A stretch of 64,000 bases of DNA, from the IMG/VR virus record IMGVR_UViG_3300028577_000011. One strand, given 5' to 3'. Below, piece by piece: positions 27,446-35,712 of this stretch. The notes below the pieces were generated by a model. That model was not told where the DNA came from and made no database searches. It was given only the letters and a program-made list of their open reading frames with translations. This DNA is from an uncultured virus (IMG/VR IMGVR_UViG_3300028577_000011) (lineage: Duplodnaviria; Heunggongvirae; Uroviricota; Caudoviricetes). Position 1 is the first letter of the stretch; every line of letters begins with the position of its first letter. The translations under genes were made by a program, and so were the position numbers.

Positions 27446-27747
27446 TGACTTCACTCATTGTTCCCGGCGATGTTGTTTCCCTCAAAGGCACAAGCGGGGG
27501 TATGTCGCGTCAACACCTGTATTCGACACCGGGTATCGATGCTATCGCCGACGTAAGTGATGATGGGGTGTTGTTCGTTGTGTCTACCCTTGAGGTCAAG
27601 GACGCATACAAGAGGAGCGGCATACTTCGCAGCGAGTTCTTCTTCTACGTTCTCATCATGTCGGGTCACATTAGTGGCCATATGGCCGGGTGGATCACTG
27701 CTGGTCGAGTGGTGAAGTTGTGGAGTGCACATGAAGCAGTTGCCTGA
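27445..27747 (+). CDS. Hypothetical protein
   Basis: TGATG coupling to the upstream gene; begins MTSLIVPGDVV. Confidence 0.5.
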   Translation: MTSLIVPGDVVSLKGTSGGMSRQHLYSTPGIDAIADVSDDGVLFVVSTLEVKDAYKRSGILRSEFFFYVLIMSGHISGHMAGWITAGRVVKLWSAHEAVA

Positions 27748-27907
27748 TGACAAGACCTATGCGTGTCCCAAGTGCGCGGGACCTACCACTAAGTTGAAGG
27801 GCTTTGCATGCTACTGGTGCCGACCCTGTGACCACGTCATTGATCTGTGGTATACCGATGATCTCGTGGTCATTGATGCGTCAAAGTCACCCGTCAAGCC
27901 TATTTAG
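27731..27907 (+). CDS. Small zinc-ribbon protein
   Basis: CPKC...CRPC. Confidence 0.5.
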   Translation: MKQLPDDKTYACPKCAGPTTKLKGFACYWCRPCDHVIDLWYTDDLVVIDASKSPVKPI

Positions 27908-27910
27908 AAC

Positions 27911-28135
27911 ATGAGCAATTCACTGCTCGAAAAGTACATCAGGTTGATGGTTCAAGAGGCACATGATGCCCGGGTACCCAATCAATTGGTCGGTGACTCG
28001 GGTGATGAGGGCGAACAGGTTGAAGTGGATGAGGCATCGGTGGTTGGCGGCATAGCAGGCTACACTGCACCTCTCGGCATGGATCCAGACAAACTAGGAC
28101 GTAGGAAGAACGCATCCAAGCGGAAGCGCAAGTAA
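27911..28135 (+). CDS. Hypothetical protein with leader-like N-terminus (LLEKYIRLMVQE)
   Basis: CTATTTA immediately upstream; VDEAS...GGIAGYTAPLG. Confidence 0.6.
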   Translation: MSNSLLEKYIRLMVQEAHDARVPNQLVGDSGDEGEQVEVDEASVVGGIAGYTAPLGMDPDKLGRRKNASKRKRK

Positions 28136-28160
28136 TTCAGCACAAAGCGGTAACAGGAAC

Positions 28161-28186
28161 GGTGGCGCAGAACAATCTGCGCCACC
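28161..28186. terminator. Perfect 11-bp hairpin, probable terminator
   Basis: GGTGGCGCAGA-ACAA-TCTGCGCCACC lies between a gene end and a TGAAC promoter. Confidence 0.6.
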
Positions 28187-28285
28187 CCTTGAACAAGGCA
28201 ACGGACGAAGGTATGATCCAATGGTAGGTGCACTGATGCACTCACATAGTGGTTCATTCTGAGGTAGTAGGAAAGAGGATAGAAA

Positions 28286-28510
28286 ATGGCACAGGAATTC
28301 AATCCCGGTGATCAAGTTAAACACTTGTCAGGTGGACCTGTAATGACGGTTGACTATTGCAACGGCACCGCAGCTACTTGTTCATGGTTCGATCATAAAA
28401 GTGGTAAGTTTGAAACAGCGACACTCAGGAAAATAGCTCTCAAACTTCATGTGGAAGAGCATCAACCTGTCGTCCTACAAGACGACGGATACAAGTGGCC
28501 GACGGACTAA
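28286..28510 (+). CDS. YodC/DUF2158-like small protein
   Basis: FNPGDQVKHLSGGPVMTV...CSWFD. Confidence 0.7.
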   Translation: MAQEFNPGDQVKHLSGGPVMTVDYCNGTAATCSWFDHKSGKFETATLRKIALKLHVEEHQPVVLQDDGYKWPTD

Positions 28511-28513
28511 TCG

Positions 28514-29446
28514 GTGCTGATTACCAAGCTTTCCGCCACGCGTGCACTATGTGCGTGTGATGTTTGTGGCACAGAAATTGTTCGTTCATTCAACCGTATG
28601 GGTGAACTGCAATTCTGTACACGTGCATGCATGACTTCAGCGCGGAAAGCTGGTGGTGTTCTACAACGGAAGACCGAAGCTACAGCACTTACAAAGTACG
28701 GTGTCACGAACGTAGCAAAATCAGTTCTCATCAAGGAACAGACGAAGCAAACGTGCATGGTGCGCTATGGTGTCTCAGCACCTGTGTTATCGCCTGAGAT
28801 TGATGCCAAACGTCGCAAGACGCTTGAAGAGCGGTATGGTGTTGATCAGACGTTCAAGTCTACTGATGTGCGTGCCAAGTCTCGTGATACCAAACTTGAA
28901 CGGTATGGTGAGGAATGGCCTGCTAAATTAGACGCCACGAAGCAAAAAGTGATAGAGACGAACATGGAGCGTTACGGCGTTCCAAGTCCCTTTAGTCTCG
29001 GATCACCCTTTCGCAGCGCTGATGATTGTAGTAAAGGGGGACAGGTTAGCTATCGTGCTCAAGGACTTAAGGCGGGTGGCGAAGGGTTCTTATCGAAACC
29101 TGAACTTCAGTTACGTGATCTATTGGTTGAACAGTTCGGCGTTGAAGATGTTGATCAACAAGTTGTGGTGCAACACGGCGTTCGAAAACCTTGGTTGATC
29201 GACTTCTATGTCAAGTCAATTGACACCTACGTGCAATCAGACGGCGTCTATTGGCATGGGCTTGATAGGGCATATAATGAACTGCATCCGGATGCACAGA
29301 AGACGTATGATCACGATAGACAGCAAGATCAATGGTTCGTGAACAATGGACGACGTCTGATTAGGATTACTGACAAGCAAGTGAAAGAGTGGATGAAGAC
29401 GGGATCCGCGTCAGATGCGCTGAAGCAGATTCTTCTTCAACGGTAA
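28514..29446 (+). CDS. Free-standing endonuclease (ERYG repeats plus DUF559/Vsr-like PD-(D/E)xK domain)
   Basis: Five (K/R)YG repeats; IDFYV...SDGVYWHG...DRQQD...LIRI. Confidence 0.7.
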   Translation: MLITKLSATRALCACDVCGTEIVRSFNRMGELQFCTRACMTSARKAGGVLQRKTEATALTKYGVTNVAKSVLIKEQTKQTCMVRYGVSAPVLSPEIDAKRRKTLEERYGVDQTFKSTDVRAKSRDTKLERYGEEWPAKLDATKQKVIETNMERYGVPSPFSLGSPFRSADDCSKGGQVSYRAQGLKAGGEGFLSKPELQLRDLLVEQFGVEDVDQQVVVQHGVRKPWLIDFYVKSIDTYVQSDGVYWHGLDRAYNELHPDAQKTYDHDRQQDQWFVNNGRRLIRITDKQVKEWMKTGSASDALKQILLQR

Positions 29447-29466
29447 TAGGAAAGAGGAATAGGAAC

Positions 29467-30393
29467 ATGGTAGATCTCGAGGCGATTCGTCGCAAAGTCG
29501 CGCAGCTCAACGGCGAGCGCAAGAATTCAAACGTCCAGCTGTGGAAGCCCGCCCCGGGCGAGTACAAGGTCAGGGGACTGCCGTGGAAGCCCGGCACCGC
29601 GACCGCTGATTCCCCCTTCATTGAGCGCCAGTTCTACTACTTGGGCGATCAACCCCGGATCCTGGCCCCTCGCCAGTTCAACAAGCCCGATCCCATCAAT
29701 TCGCTGATCACCAAGCTGTTCCGCTCTGGCAACCCCGATGACCGCGAGAACGCCAAGAAGCTGATGCCCAAGATGGTCGCCTACATGCCCCTCATCGTCC
29801 GCGGTGAAGAGGACAAGGGCGTGCAGGTGTGGTCGCTCAACAAGCTCGTCTACAAGGACCTGCTGGCGCTGTTCACCAATACCGAACTGTCGGATGATGG
29901 CAGCCTCATTGACTTTCTCGACCCGGTCGATGGCATTGATCTCAAGGTGACGATCACCAAGTCGCCCAAAAAGTTCAACGGGCGTGACGTGATGGACGTC
30001 AAGATCGGCGCCGTCCGCAAGCAGAGCAAGTTGTCGAACGACGACGCGCAGGCCAAGAAGTGGCTCGACAACCTCCCCAACGTCGACGACATGTTCCCGA
30101 CCAAGACGACGGCCGAGATTGAAGCGGCGCTCAACGCTTACCTGTCGGGTGATTCACCTGACGCTGACGGTTCAAGCCGTGGCACTAAACCTCAGGACGA
30201 ACTCGACAAGTTGGCCGATGATGTCAAGGCCGAAGTCAAGGCGCCCGCGACCGAAGCAGCGAAGGCGCCAAAGGCAGCGCCCGCCGCGAAGAAGGCCCCT
30301 GCCAAGAAGGCCGAAGTTGATGACGACGCTCCCGCTGAAAAAGTGTCGCTCGATGATGCCTTTGCATCGTTGATCAACGACAACGACGAGTAA
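29467..30393 (+). CDS. Single-stranded DNA-binding protein (gp32-like)
   Basis: WKPAPGEYKVRGLP, IVRGEEDKGVQVW, DPVDGIDLKVT, acidic tail; lies upstream of recA. Confidence 0.75.
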   Translation: MVDLEAIRRKVAQLNGERKNSNVQLWKPAPGEYKVRGLPWKPGTATADSPFIERQFYYLGDQPRILAPRQFNKPDPINSLITKLFRSGNPDDRENAKKLMPKMVAYMPLIVRGEEDKGVQVWSLNKLVYKDLLALFTNTELSDDGSLIDFLDPVDGIDLKVTITKSPKKFNGRDVMDVKIGAVRKQSKLSNDDAQAKKWLDNLPNVDDMFPTKTTAEIEAALNAYLSGDSPDADGSSRGTKPQDELDKLADDVKAEVKAPATEAAKAPKAAPAAKKAPAKKAEVDDDAPAEKVSLDDAFASLINDNDE

Positions 30394-30402
30394 CAACAGA
30401 TC

Positions 30403-30422
30403 GGCGAGGGTCCTTCCTCGCC
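30403..30422 (+). terminator. Hairpin after the SSB gene
   Basis: GGCGAGG-GTCCTT-CCTCGCC. Confidence 0.5.
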
Positions 30423-30424
30423 TT

Positions 30425-30495
30425 GCGAGCCAGGTGTAAAGGTGCACAGTCGGCTACCCGCCGGCAGGGCTAGGTTCAATGCCTAGGGTTTCGCT
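30425..30495 (+). tRNA. Atypical or degenerate tRNA-Gly-like element, anticodon ACC
   Basis: Cloverleaf: acceptor GCGAGCC/GGTTTCGC with one bulge, D arm GTGT/GCAC, anticodon arm GTCGG-CTACCCG-CCGGC, T arm CTAGG-TTCAATG-CCTAG, discriminator T. Confidence 0.55.
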
Positions 30496-30514
30496 CGAAG
30501 AAAGGCAGTGCCAT

Positions 30515-31711
30515 ATGGCGAAAAAAGTCGAGGCTCAAGATCCCAAAGCTAGCAGTGCTGACGTCGACGACTTCACGTCGCAATTGATCAAAGACATCAA
30601 TAAGGAAATGGGTCTTCGTGTGGCCTATAACCTCAATGAGGCTACGGCACCGACGATCGTCAAAAGGTGGATCCCGACTGGCTCACTTCAACTCGATTAT
30701 GCGATCAGGAATTGTGCTGGCGGTGGTTATCCTGAAGGTCGCATCATTGAGATTGCAGGGACGCCGTCTGTCGGAAAGTCGCACTTGGCCTACCACGTCG
30801 CCGCCAACGTGCAGGCGATGGGCGGATTGGTCGTCTACATTGACACCGAGAACGCAACCCCCGTTGACAAGCTGAAACACATGGGGATTGACGTTCGTAA
30901 GCGTTTCGTGTATTGTGATGAGCATGCAACGGAGAACGTCTTCAAGATCATTGAATCGATCATCCTTAAGGCAAAGACGTTGCCCGCGACCAAGGACATC
31001 CCGATTGTCGTGATTTGGGATTCGATTGCTGCCACATCGCCGCTAGCCGAATTGAACGGTGAGTATGAGGACAATACCATAGGGTTGCAAGCACGCGTCA
31101 TCAGTAAGGGGATGAGGAAGATCACTGGCGTCATAGGGCAAAACAATGTGACGTTGTTGTGCTTGAATCAGCTACGTGATGCCATAGGCGTGATCCATGG
31201 TGATCCTCAGGTGACACCCGGGGGAAAAGCAGTGCCATTTCATGCATCAGTTCGTATACGACTTAGCTCTGGCACGCAAGTCAAGGACAGCAAAGGCAAC
31301 ACGATCGGCATCCACGTCATTGCCACAATCAAGAAGAACAAGGTTGCACCACCTTTTAGGAAGCATGAGTTCGACATCATCTTTGGTGTTGGGATCGTTG
31401 AACACGAGTACATCTTTGATGAAGTCAGAGCATACTGTGCTGACAACAAGGTGTTTGCAGCGTCAGGTGACAAGCAAGTAGAGATCAAGATCTCTGGAGC
31501 GAGTTCATGGAAGGAACTTATTGTCAGCGATGCTAAGACTGGTGAGGTCATCCTCGAGAAGAAGTTCTATAAGAGTGACTTCGGTGACCTAATGAAGGAC
31601 TCGCAGTATAAACCATTCATTGATAAGGTGATCGAGGCAACTTACATGACTGTTTCTGGTGAGAAAGCCGAAGAAGGTGAGACGCCTGTTGACGATGAAG
31701 AGGCGGCCTGA
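30515..31711 (+). CDS. recA: RecA/UvsX-like recombinase
   Basis: IPTGSLQLD, GRIIEIAGTPSVGKS, YIDTE, WDSIAA, NQLRD, PGGKAVPFHASVRI, KNKVAPPF. Confidence 0.92.
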   Translation: MAKKVEAQDPKASSADVDDFTSQLIKDINKEMGLRVAYNLNEATAPTIVKRWIPTGSLQLDYAIRNCAGGGYPEGRIIEIAGTPSVGKSHLAYHVAANVQAMGGLVVYIDTENATPVDKLKHMGIDVRKRFVYCDEHATENVFKIIESIILKAKTLPATKDIPIVVIWDSIAATSPLAELNGEYEDNTIGLQARVISKGMRKITGVIGQNNVTLLCLNQLRDAIGVIHGDPQVTPGGKAVPFHASVRIRLSSGTQVKDSKGNTIGIHVIATIKKNKVAPPFRKHEFDIIFGVGIVEHEYIFDEVRAYCADNKVFAASGDKQVEIKISGASSWKELIVSDAKTGEVILEKKFYKSDFGDLMKDSQYKPFIDKVIEATYMTVSGEKAEEGETPVDDEEAA

Positions 31712-32511
31712 TGGTAGAGCGCATGGTGTGTCATCGAACCATGACGATGGTGACCAATACACATTTGAAGCGTCATGCACTGTCGGTCGACGAATACAGG
31801 AAGAAATTCCCGGGTGTCACACTAGGAAGCACGCCATGGCTTGAGACCTGGCGCAATAGTGAGAAGAACAAGCAATACGCTCGTGATCTACTGGTTCACA
31901 TCGGCCAAGATGAAGAGTTGCAAACGCGTCGGAAGGCTAGCGTAAAGACTGCGTGGAAGAATGTTGATCTACTCAAGCGCCACTCTGACACAATGAAATC
32001 AGTAGTTCTCATGAATGAAACATACGCAGCACACCTGAGAAACAAGCCAGTCACGGATCGCATGCGCATGTCGAACTTCGATAGGTGGGTGATCGATCAT
32101 GGGTACTCCGAAGCTGTTATTCGTCAGCAGGAATGGCAGAAGAACAATGTACTGCCCACGTCGTCAAGGGACACGAAGATAGAACTTCGTGTGCGTGATC
32201 TACTAGATGAGTTGGGACACATGTATCTGACACAGTTTGCCGTGCTTCACTACAGGTGTGATGTGTATGTTCCCGCGTTGAACCTTATCATTGAAGCGAA
32301 CGGTGATTACTGGCACGCTAACCCAACAAAGCATGCACCAGACGATCTCATTGGTCCGTCACGCTCGTCAGCAGCGTCTATTTGGGAGCGTGATGTACAT
32401 AGGGTACATGCATTGAGAAACATGGGGTTCACCGTTCTTATGTTATGGGAGAGTGACATCAAGTCATTGAGTGCGGAGAGATTAATGGCGTTGATGAAGG
32501 AGTGTAACTGA
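31711..32511 (+). CDS. DUF559/Vsr-like endonuclease
   Basis: TKIELRV, CDVYVP..NLIIEANGDYWH, GFTVLMLWESD. Confidence 0.75.
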   Translation: MVERMVCHRTMTMVTNTHLKRHALSVDEYRKKFPGVTLGSTPWLETWRNSEKNKQYARDLLVHIGQDEELQTRRKASVKTAWKNVDLLKRHSDTMKSVVLMNETYAAHLRNKPVTDRMRMSNFDRWVIDHGYSEAVIRQQEWQKNNVLPTSSRDTKIELRVRDLLDELGHMYLTQFAVLHYRCDVYVPALNLIIEANGDYWHANPTKHAPDDLIGPSRSSAASIWERDVHRVHALRNMGFTVLMLWESDIKSLSAERLMALMKECN

Positions 32512-32918
32512 TGGACACTCACGTGCAGTGGGCGATCTCTGCCGATGTTGAGGGCTTGGTCAAGGTGATCACCGATTGTAGAAAGCAGTTGATCGACATT
32601 GCCAAGCGTAAGCACAACAAGTCTCGCGTCACCGTCGTGGCGTGCGATGCCTATGCAGATCCCAAGGTCGTTGAATTGCTACGCCTGAGTGAGGCGTGGA
32701 TCGGTGCTGACCCACTACCCGCCGTCATCAACAAGCGGACGGGTGAGGAACAGGTTGAGTTGTCGGAGCGTGTCGCCACATTTGACTCCTTTCAACTGCA
32801 CACCCACCCGATCATGGGTGAGCGCGACATCAGGTTGATCATGGAACTTGGAGTGGGTGACGACCGCGATCAGCTCTTTTTCGGCAATATTGCACTGACA
32901 GACGGAACGACGCCATGA
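32511..32918 (+). CDS. Hypothetical protein
   Basis: Translationally coupled ORF. Confidence 0.55.
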   Translation: MDTHVQWAISADVEGLVKVITDCRKQLIDIAKRKHNKSRVTVVACDAYADPKVVELLRLSEAWIGADPLPAVINKRTGEEQVELSERVATFDSFQLHTHPIMGERDIRLIMELGVGDDRDQLFFGNIALTDGTTP

Positions 32919-33148
32919 AGAATGCACTGATCTTTCTGGAGCTATTGACCAAGCAGTTCCCGCCACTGGCCCGTCATGCCCACTCGTTGACCCTGCACCG
33001 TGGCAAGTTGATGGTGGCCTTGGTCAACACAGCGCCGTGTTCCACGTTCATCCTCAACGCTGCAGACCTGGAGCACGACCCTGCCAAACTGGTCAGGGAG
33101 ATCGTGGGCCTGATGTCGAAAGAAGATCAACCGAAGCAGCCGGCCTGA
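32915..33148 (+). CDS. Hypothetical protein
   Basis: ATGA overlap with the upstream ORF. Confidence 0.5.
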   Translation: MKNALIFLELLTKQFPPLARHAHSLTLHRGKLMVALVNTAPCSTFILNAADLEHDPAKLVREIVGLMSKEDQPKQPA

Positions 33149-33180
33149 ACTGTGTGCCCGTGAGGGGTACAGTGATAGAC

Positions 33181-34155
33181 ATGTCAAGTGATCGTCCTAT
33201 CCTGATTGTGGATGCAATGAATCTGTTCGTCAGGAGTTGGGCCGCTTATCCGACCATGTCGAGCCATGGATACCAGATGGGCGGTTGCATCGGCTTTCTG
33301 AAGACGTTGAAGCGCATTGTCAATGAAGTGCAGCCCCGGGCCGTCTATGTCTGTTGGGAGTCAGGAGGTAGCTCACGCCGTCGCAAGTTGTTCGCCGAAT
33401 ACAAGCTCAACCGCAAACCTGGTAAGCTCAATCGCTTCTATGAAGACGACATTCCTGACACCGAAGAGAACAGGCGCCACCAACTCGAGGCACTGGTCTA
33501 CATGTCAAAGTGTGCGCCCTTCTGCCAGTTATTCGTGCAGGACTGTGAGGGAGATGACCTCGTCGCCTACCTGTGTTGCGGGCCCCTGCGCGGCGACGAC
33601 AAGGTCATCGTGTCGTCCGATAAGGACCTCTACCAGCTGCTCGACGATCGGACGAAGTTGTACAGCCTTCACAAGAAGACCTACGTCACTAAGGCCGATG
33701 TCATGGAGGAATTTAGAGTACAGTCAAAGCACTTCGCGTTGGCCAAGGCACTGTGCGGTGACAATGGTGACAACGTGCCTGGCATCAAGGGCTTGGGTTT
33801 CAAGACGGTGGCCAAGCTGTTCCCAATGTTGGGCCTCGATGATGACTTGTTGTTGCAGGACATCATCGACTACGCTCATACCCACGTCGATGAGTCGAAG
33901 ATCTTTCAACGCATCGTCGAACAAGCGGACGATGTGAGGCGCAATTGGAGACTAGTGTTCTTAGACGGCAGCATGTTGTCGGCGACACAGCAGGCGGCGA
34001 TAGACCAGCGATTGCAGAACTTCGTGCCTAGGCCTGATAGGATTGGGTTGGTCAGGCGCCTCATCAATGAGGGCATCGGTGACTTTGCCGTTGAGGACTT
34101 TTTTGGTGCGTTCAATTGCATTGAGAACACGCAACACAAGACGGGAGACGAGTGA
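33181..34155 (+). CDS. 5'-3' exonuclease / flap endonuclease (PolI N-terminal or T4 RNase H-like)
   Basis: LIVDAMNL, EYKLNR, EGDDLVA, SSDKDLYQL, GDNGDNVPGIKGLGFKT. Confidence 0.9.
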   Translation: MSSDRPILIVDAMNLFVRSWAAYPTMSSHGYQMGGCIGFLKTLKRIVNEVQPRAVYVCWESGGSSRRRKLFAEYKLNRKPGKLNRFYEDDIPDTEENRRHQLEALVYMSKCAPFCQLFVQDCEGDDLVAYLCCGPLRGDDKVIVSSDKDLYQLLDDRTKLYSLHKKTYVTKADVMEEFRVQSKHFALAKALCGDNGDNVPGIKGLGFKTVAKLFPMLGLDDDLLLQDIIDYAHTHVDESKIFQRIVEQADDVRRNWRLVFLDGSMLSATQQAAIDQRLQNFVPRPDRIGLVRRLINEGIGDFAVEDFFGAFNCIENTQHKTGDE

Positions 34156-35576
34156 TGGCGATAGCTTCGACAGTTTCATTCGGGACTTATGGGAAAGCGT
34201 TCCAAGAGAAGGTCATACAGGCCCTGCTCACCGACCGCCCGTGGGCCGAGCAGATGCAGGAAGTCATCGACACTTCGTACTTTGACCTACGCTACCTGAC
34301 GTTCCTCGCCGAGCACTACTTCAACTACGCCAAGAAGTACAAGGTGTTTCCGTCGTTGCAACTGCTCATCACCATCATCCGTGACGAACTGAAGGTGGGC
34401 ACTGACACCGTGCTCCGCGATCAGATCATCGAGTACTTGACGCGGATGCGCACCAGCCCCGACATGGGTGACCTGCAGTACGTCAAGGAAAAGTCGCTCG
34501 ACTTCTGTCGTAAGCAGGCACTGAAGCAGGCGTTGGGTGAGGCCGTCGAACAGATGCAGGACGGCAAGTACGAGCAGATCGTCGAGGGCATCAAGAAGGC
34601 CGTCTGCGTGGGCACTACACCCGCCTTGGGCCATGACTTCTTTCAGGACTATGAGGCCCGCTTCACCCGGCTGCAGCGTAACTGCGTGGCCACGGGCCTC
34701 GACGAGCTCGACCGCAAGGACATCCTCAATGGAGGTTTGGGTGGTGGTGAACTCGGCGTCATTGTCGCTCCGACTGGGGTCGGCAAATCGCACTTCTTGA
34801 CGTGGTTGGGTTGTCACGCGCTCCGTCGAGGCGTCGACGTGCTGCACTACACCTTCGAGCTGTCTGAGGCGGCGACGGGTCTACGTTACGACTCCAACCT
34901 CTGTGACATTGACTCCAACACCGTCATCGAGAACAAGGACAAGGTCATCGAGACGTATCGGACGGCGAAGATGGGTCGGCTGATGATCAAGGAATTTCCT
35001 GCCAACACGGCGACGATCTACACTCTTCGTGCACACATGGAGCGGCTCGATCTCAAGGGCTTCAGCCCGGGCATGCTGATCATTGACTACGCCGACATCA
35101 TGCGGTCAACGCGTCAATACGACTCGCTGCGCCATGAACTGAAGTTGATCTATGAGGAATTACGTAGCTTCTCAATGGAGAAGAGGATCCCAGTATGGAC
35201 CGCCAGTCAGAGCAATCGCGAAGGCAGCACGCAGGATGTCGTTGACCTCAATAACATGAGCGAAGCGTACGGGAAAGCGATGACTGCAGATGTTGTGTTG
35301 AGCCTGAGTCGGCGCACACACGAGAAGTCATCTGGTGAGGGGCGCCTCTGCGTGGCCAAGAACAGGTCGGGCAGAGATGGGCTGGTTTATCCGGTGCTGA
35401 TTGACACCGCGCGGAGTAAGTTTGCCATAACGGGCGGAGTGATGGGCTTTCAAAAGGCGACTGACGACGATGAAAAGGAGAAGAAGCGACAGATCCGGGA
35501 GAAGTGGCTCGAACTCAAGCGAGAACCAGCATTCAATGAATCGCTCAAGCCCACTGCAACGCCGAGTGAAAGCTGA
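34152..35576 (+). CDS. Replicative DnaB-like helicase (gp41-like)
   Basis: APTGVGKS, FELSE, IIDYADIM, WTASQSNR, KNRSGRDG. Confidence 0.9.
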   Translation: MMAIASTVSFGTYGKAFQEKVIQALLTDRPWAEQMQEVIDTSYFDLRYLTFLAEHYFNYAKKYKVFPSLQLLITIIRDELKVGTDTVLRDQIIEYLTRMRTSPDMGDLQYVKEKSLDFCRKQALKQALGEAVEQMQDGKYEQIVEGIKKAVCVGTTPALGHDFFQDYEARFTRLQRNCVATGLDELDRKDILNGGLGGGELGVIVAPTGVGKSHFLTWLGCHALRRGVDVLHYTFELSEAATGLRYDSNLCDIDSNTVIENKDKVIETYRTAKMGRLMIKEFPANTATIYTLRAHMERLDLKGFSPGMLIIDYADIMRSTRQYDSLRHELKLIYEELRSFSMEKRIPVWTASQSNREGSTQDVVDLNNMSEAYGKAMTADVVLSLSRRTHEKSSGEGRLCVAKNRSGRDGLVYPVLIDTARSKFAITGGVMGFQKATDDDEKEKKRQIREKWLELKREPAFNESLKPTATPSES

Positions 35577-35712
35577 TGCTGATCATCACCCGAACTTTGC
35601 GCAAACCCTAAACCCGGGCAAGTTGCGTGATAGTTATGACCCTGGTAACGTGTCATCGGGCACCGCAAGTTAGCCCCCTGATATTCCACTTGGTCTCACA
35701 GGAGAGGGCAAA

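Noticed and set aside
35577..35712. Cobalamin riboswitch upstream of nrdJ
   Set aside because: The leader is short and I could not identify the conserved B12-box elements by eye. An Infernal search would be needed to exclude it formally.
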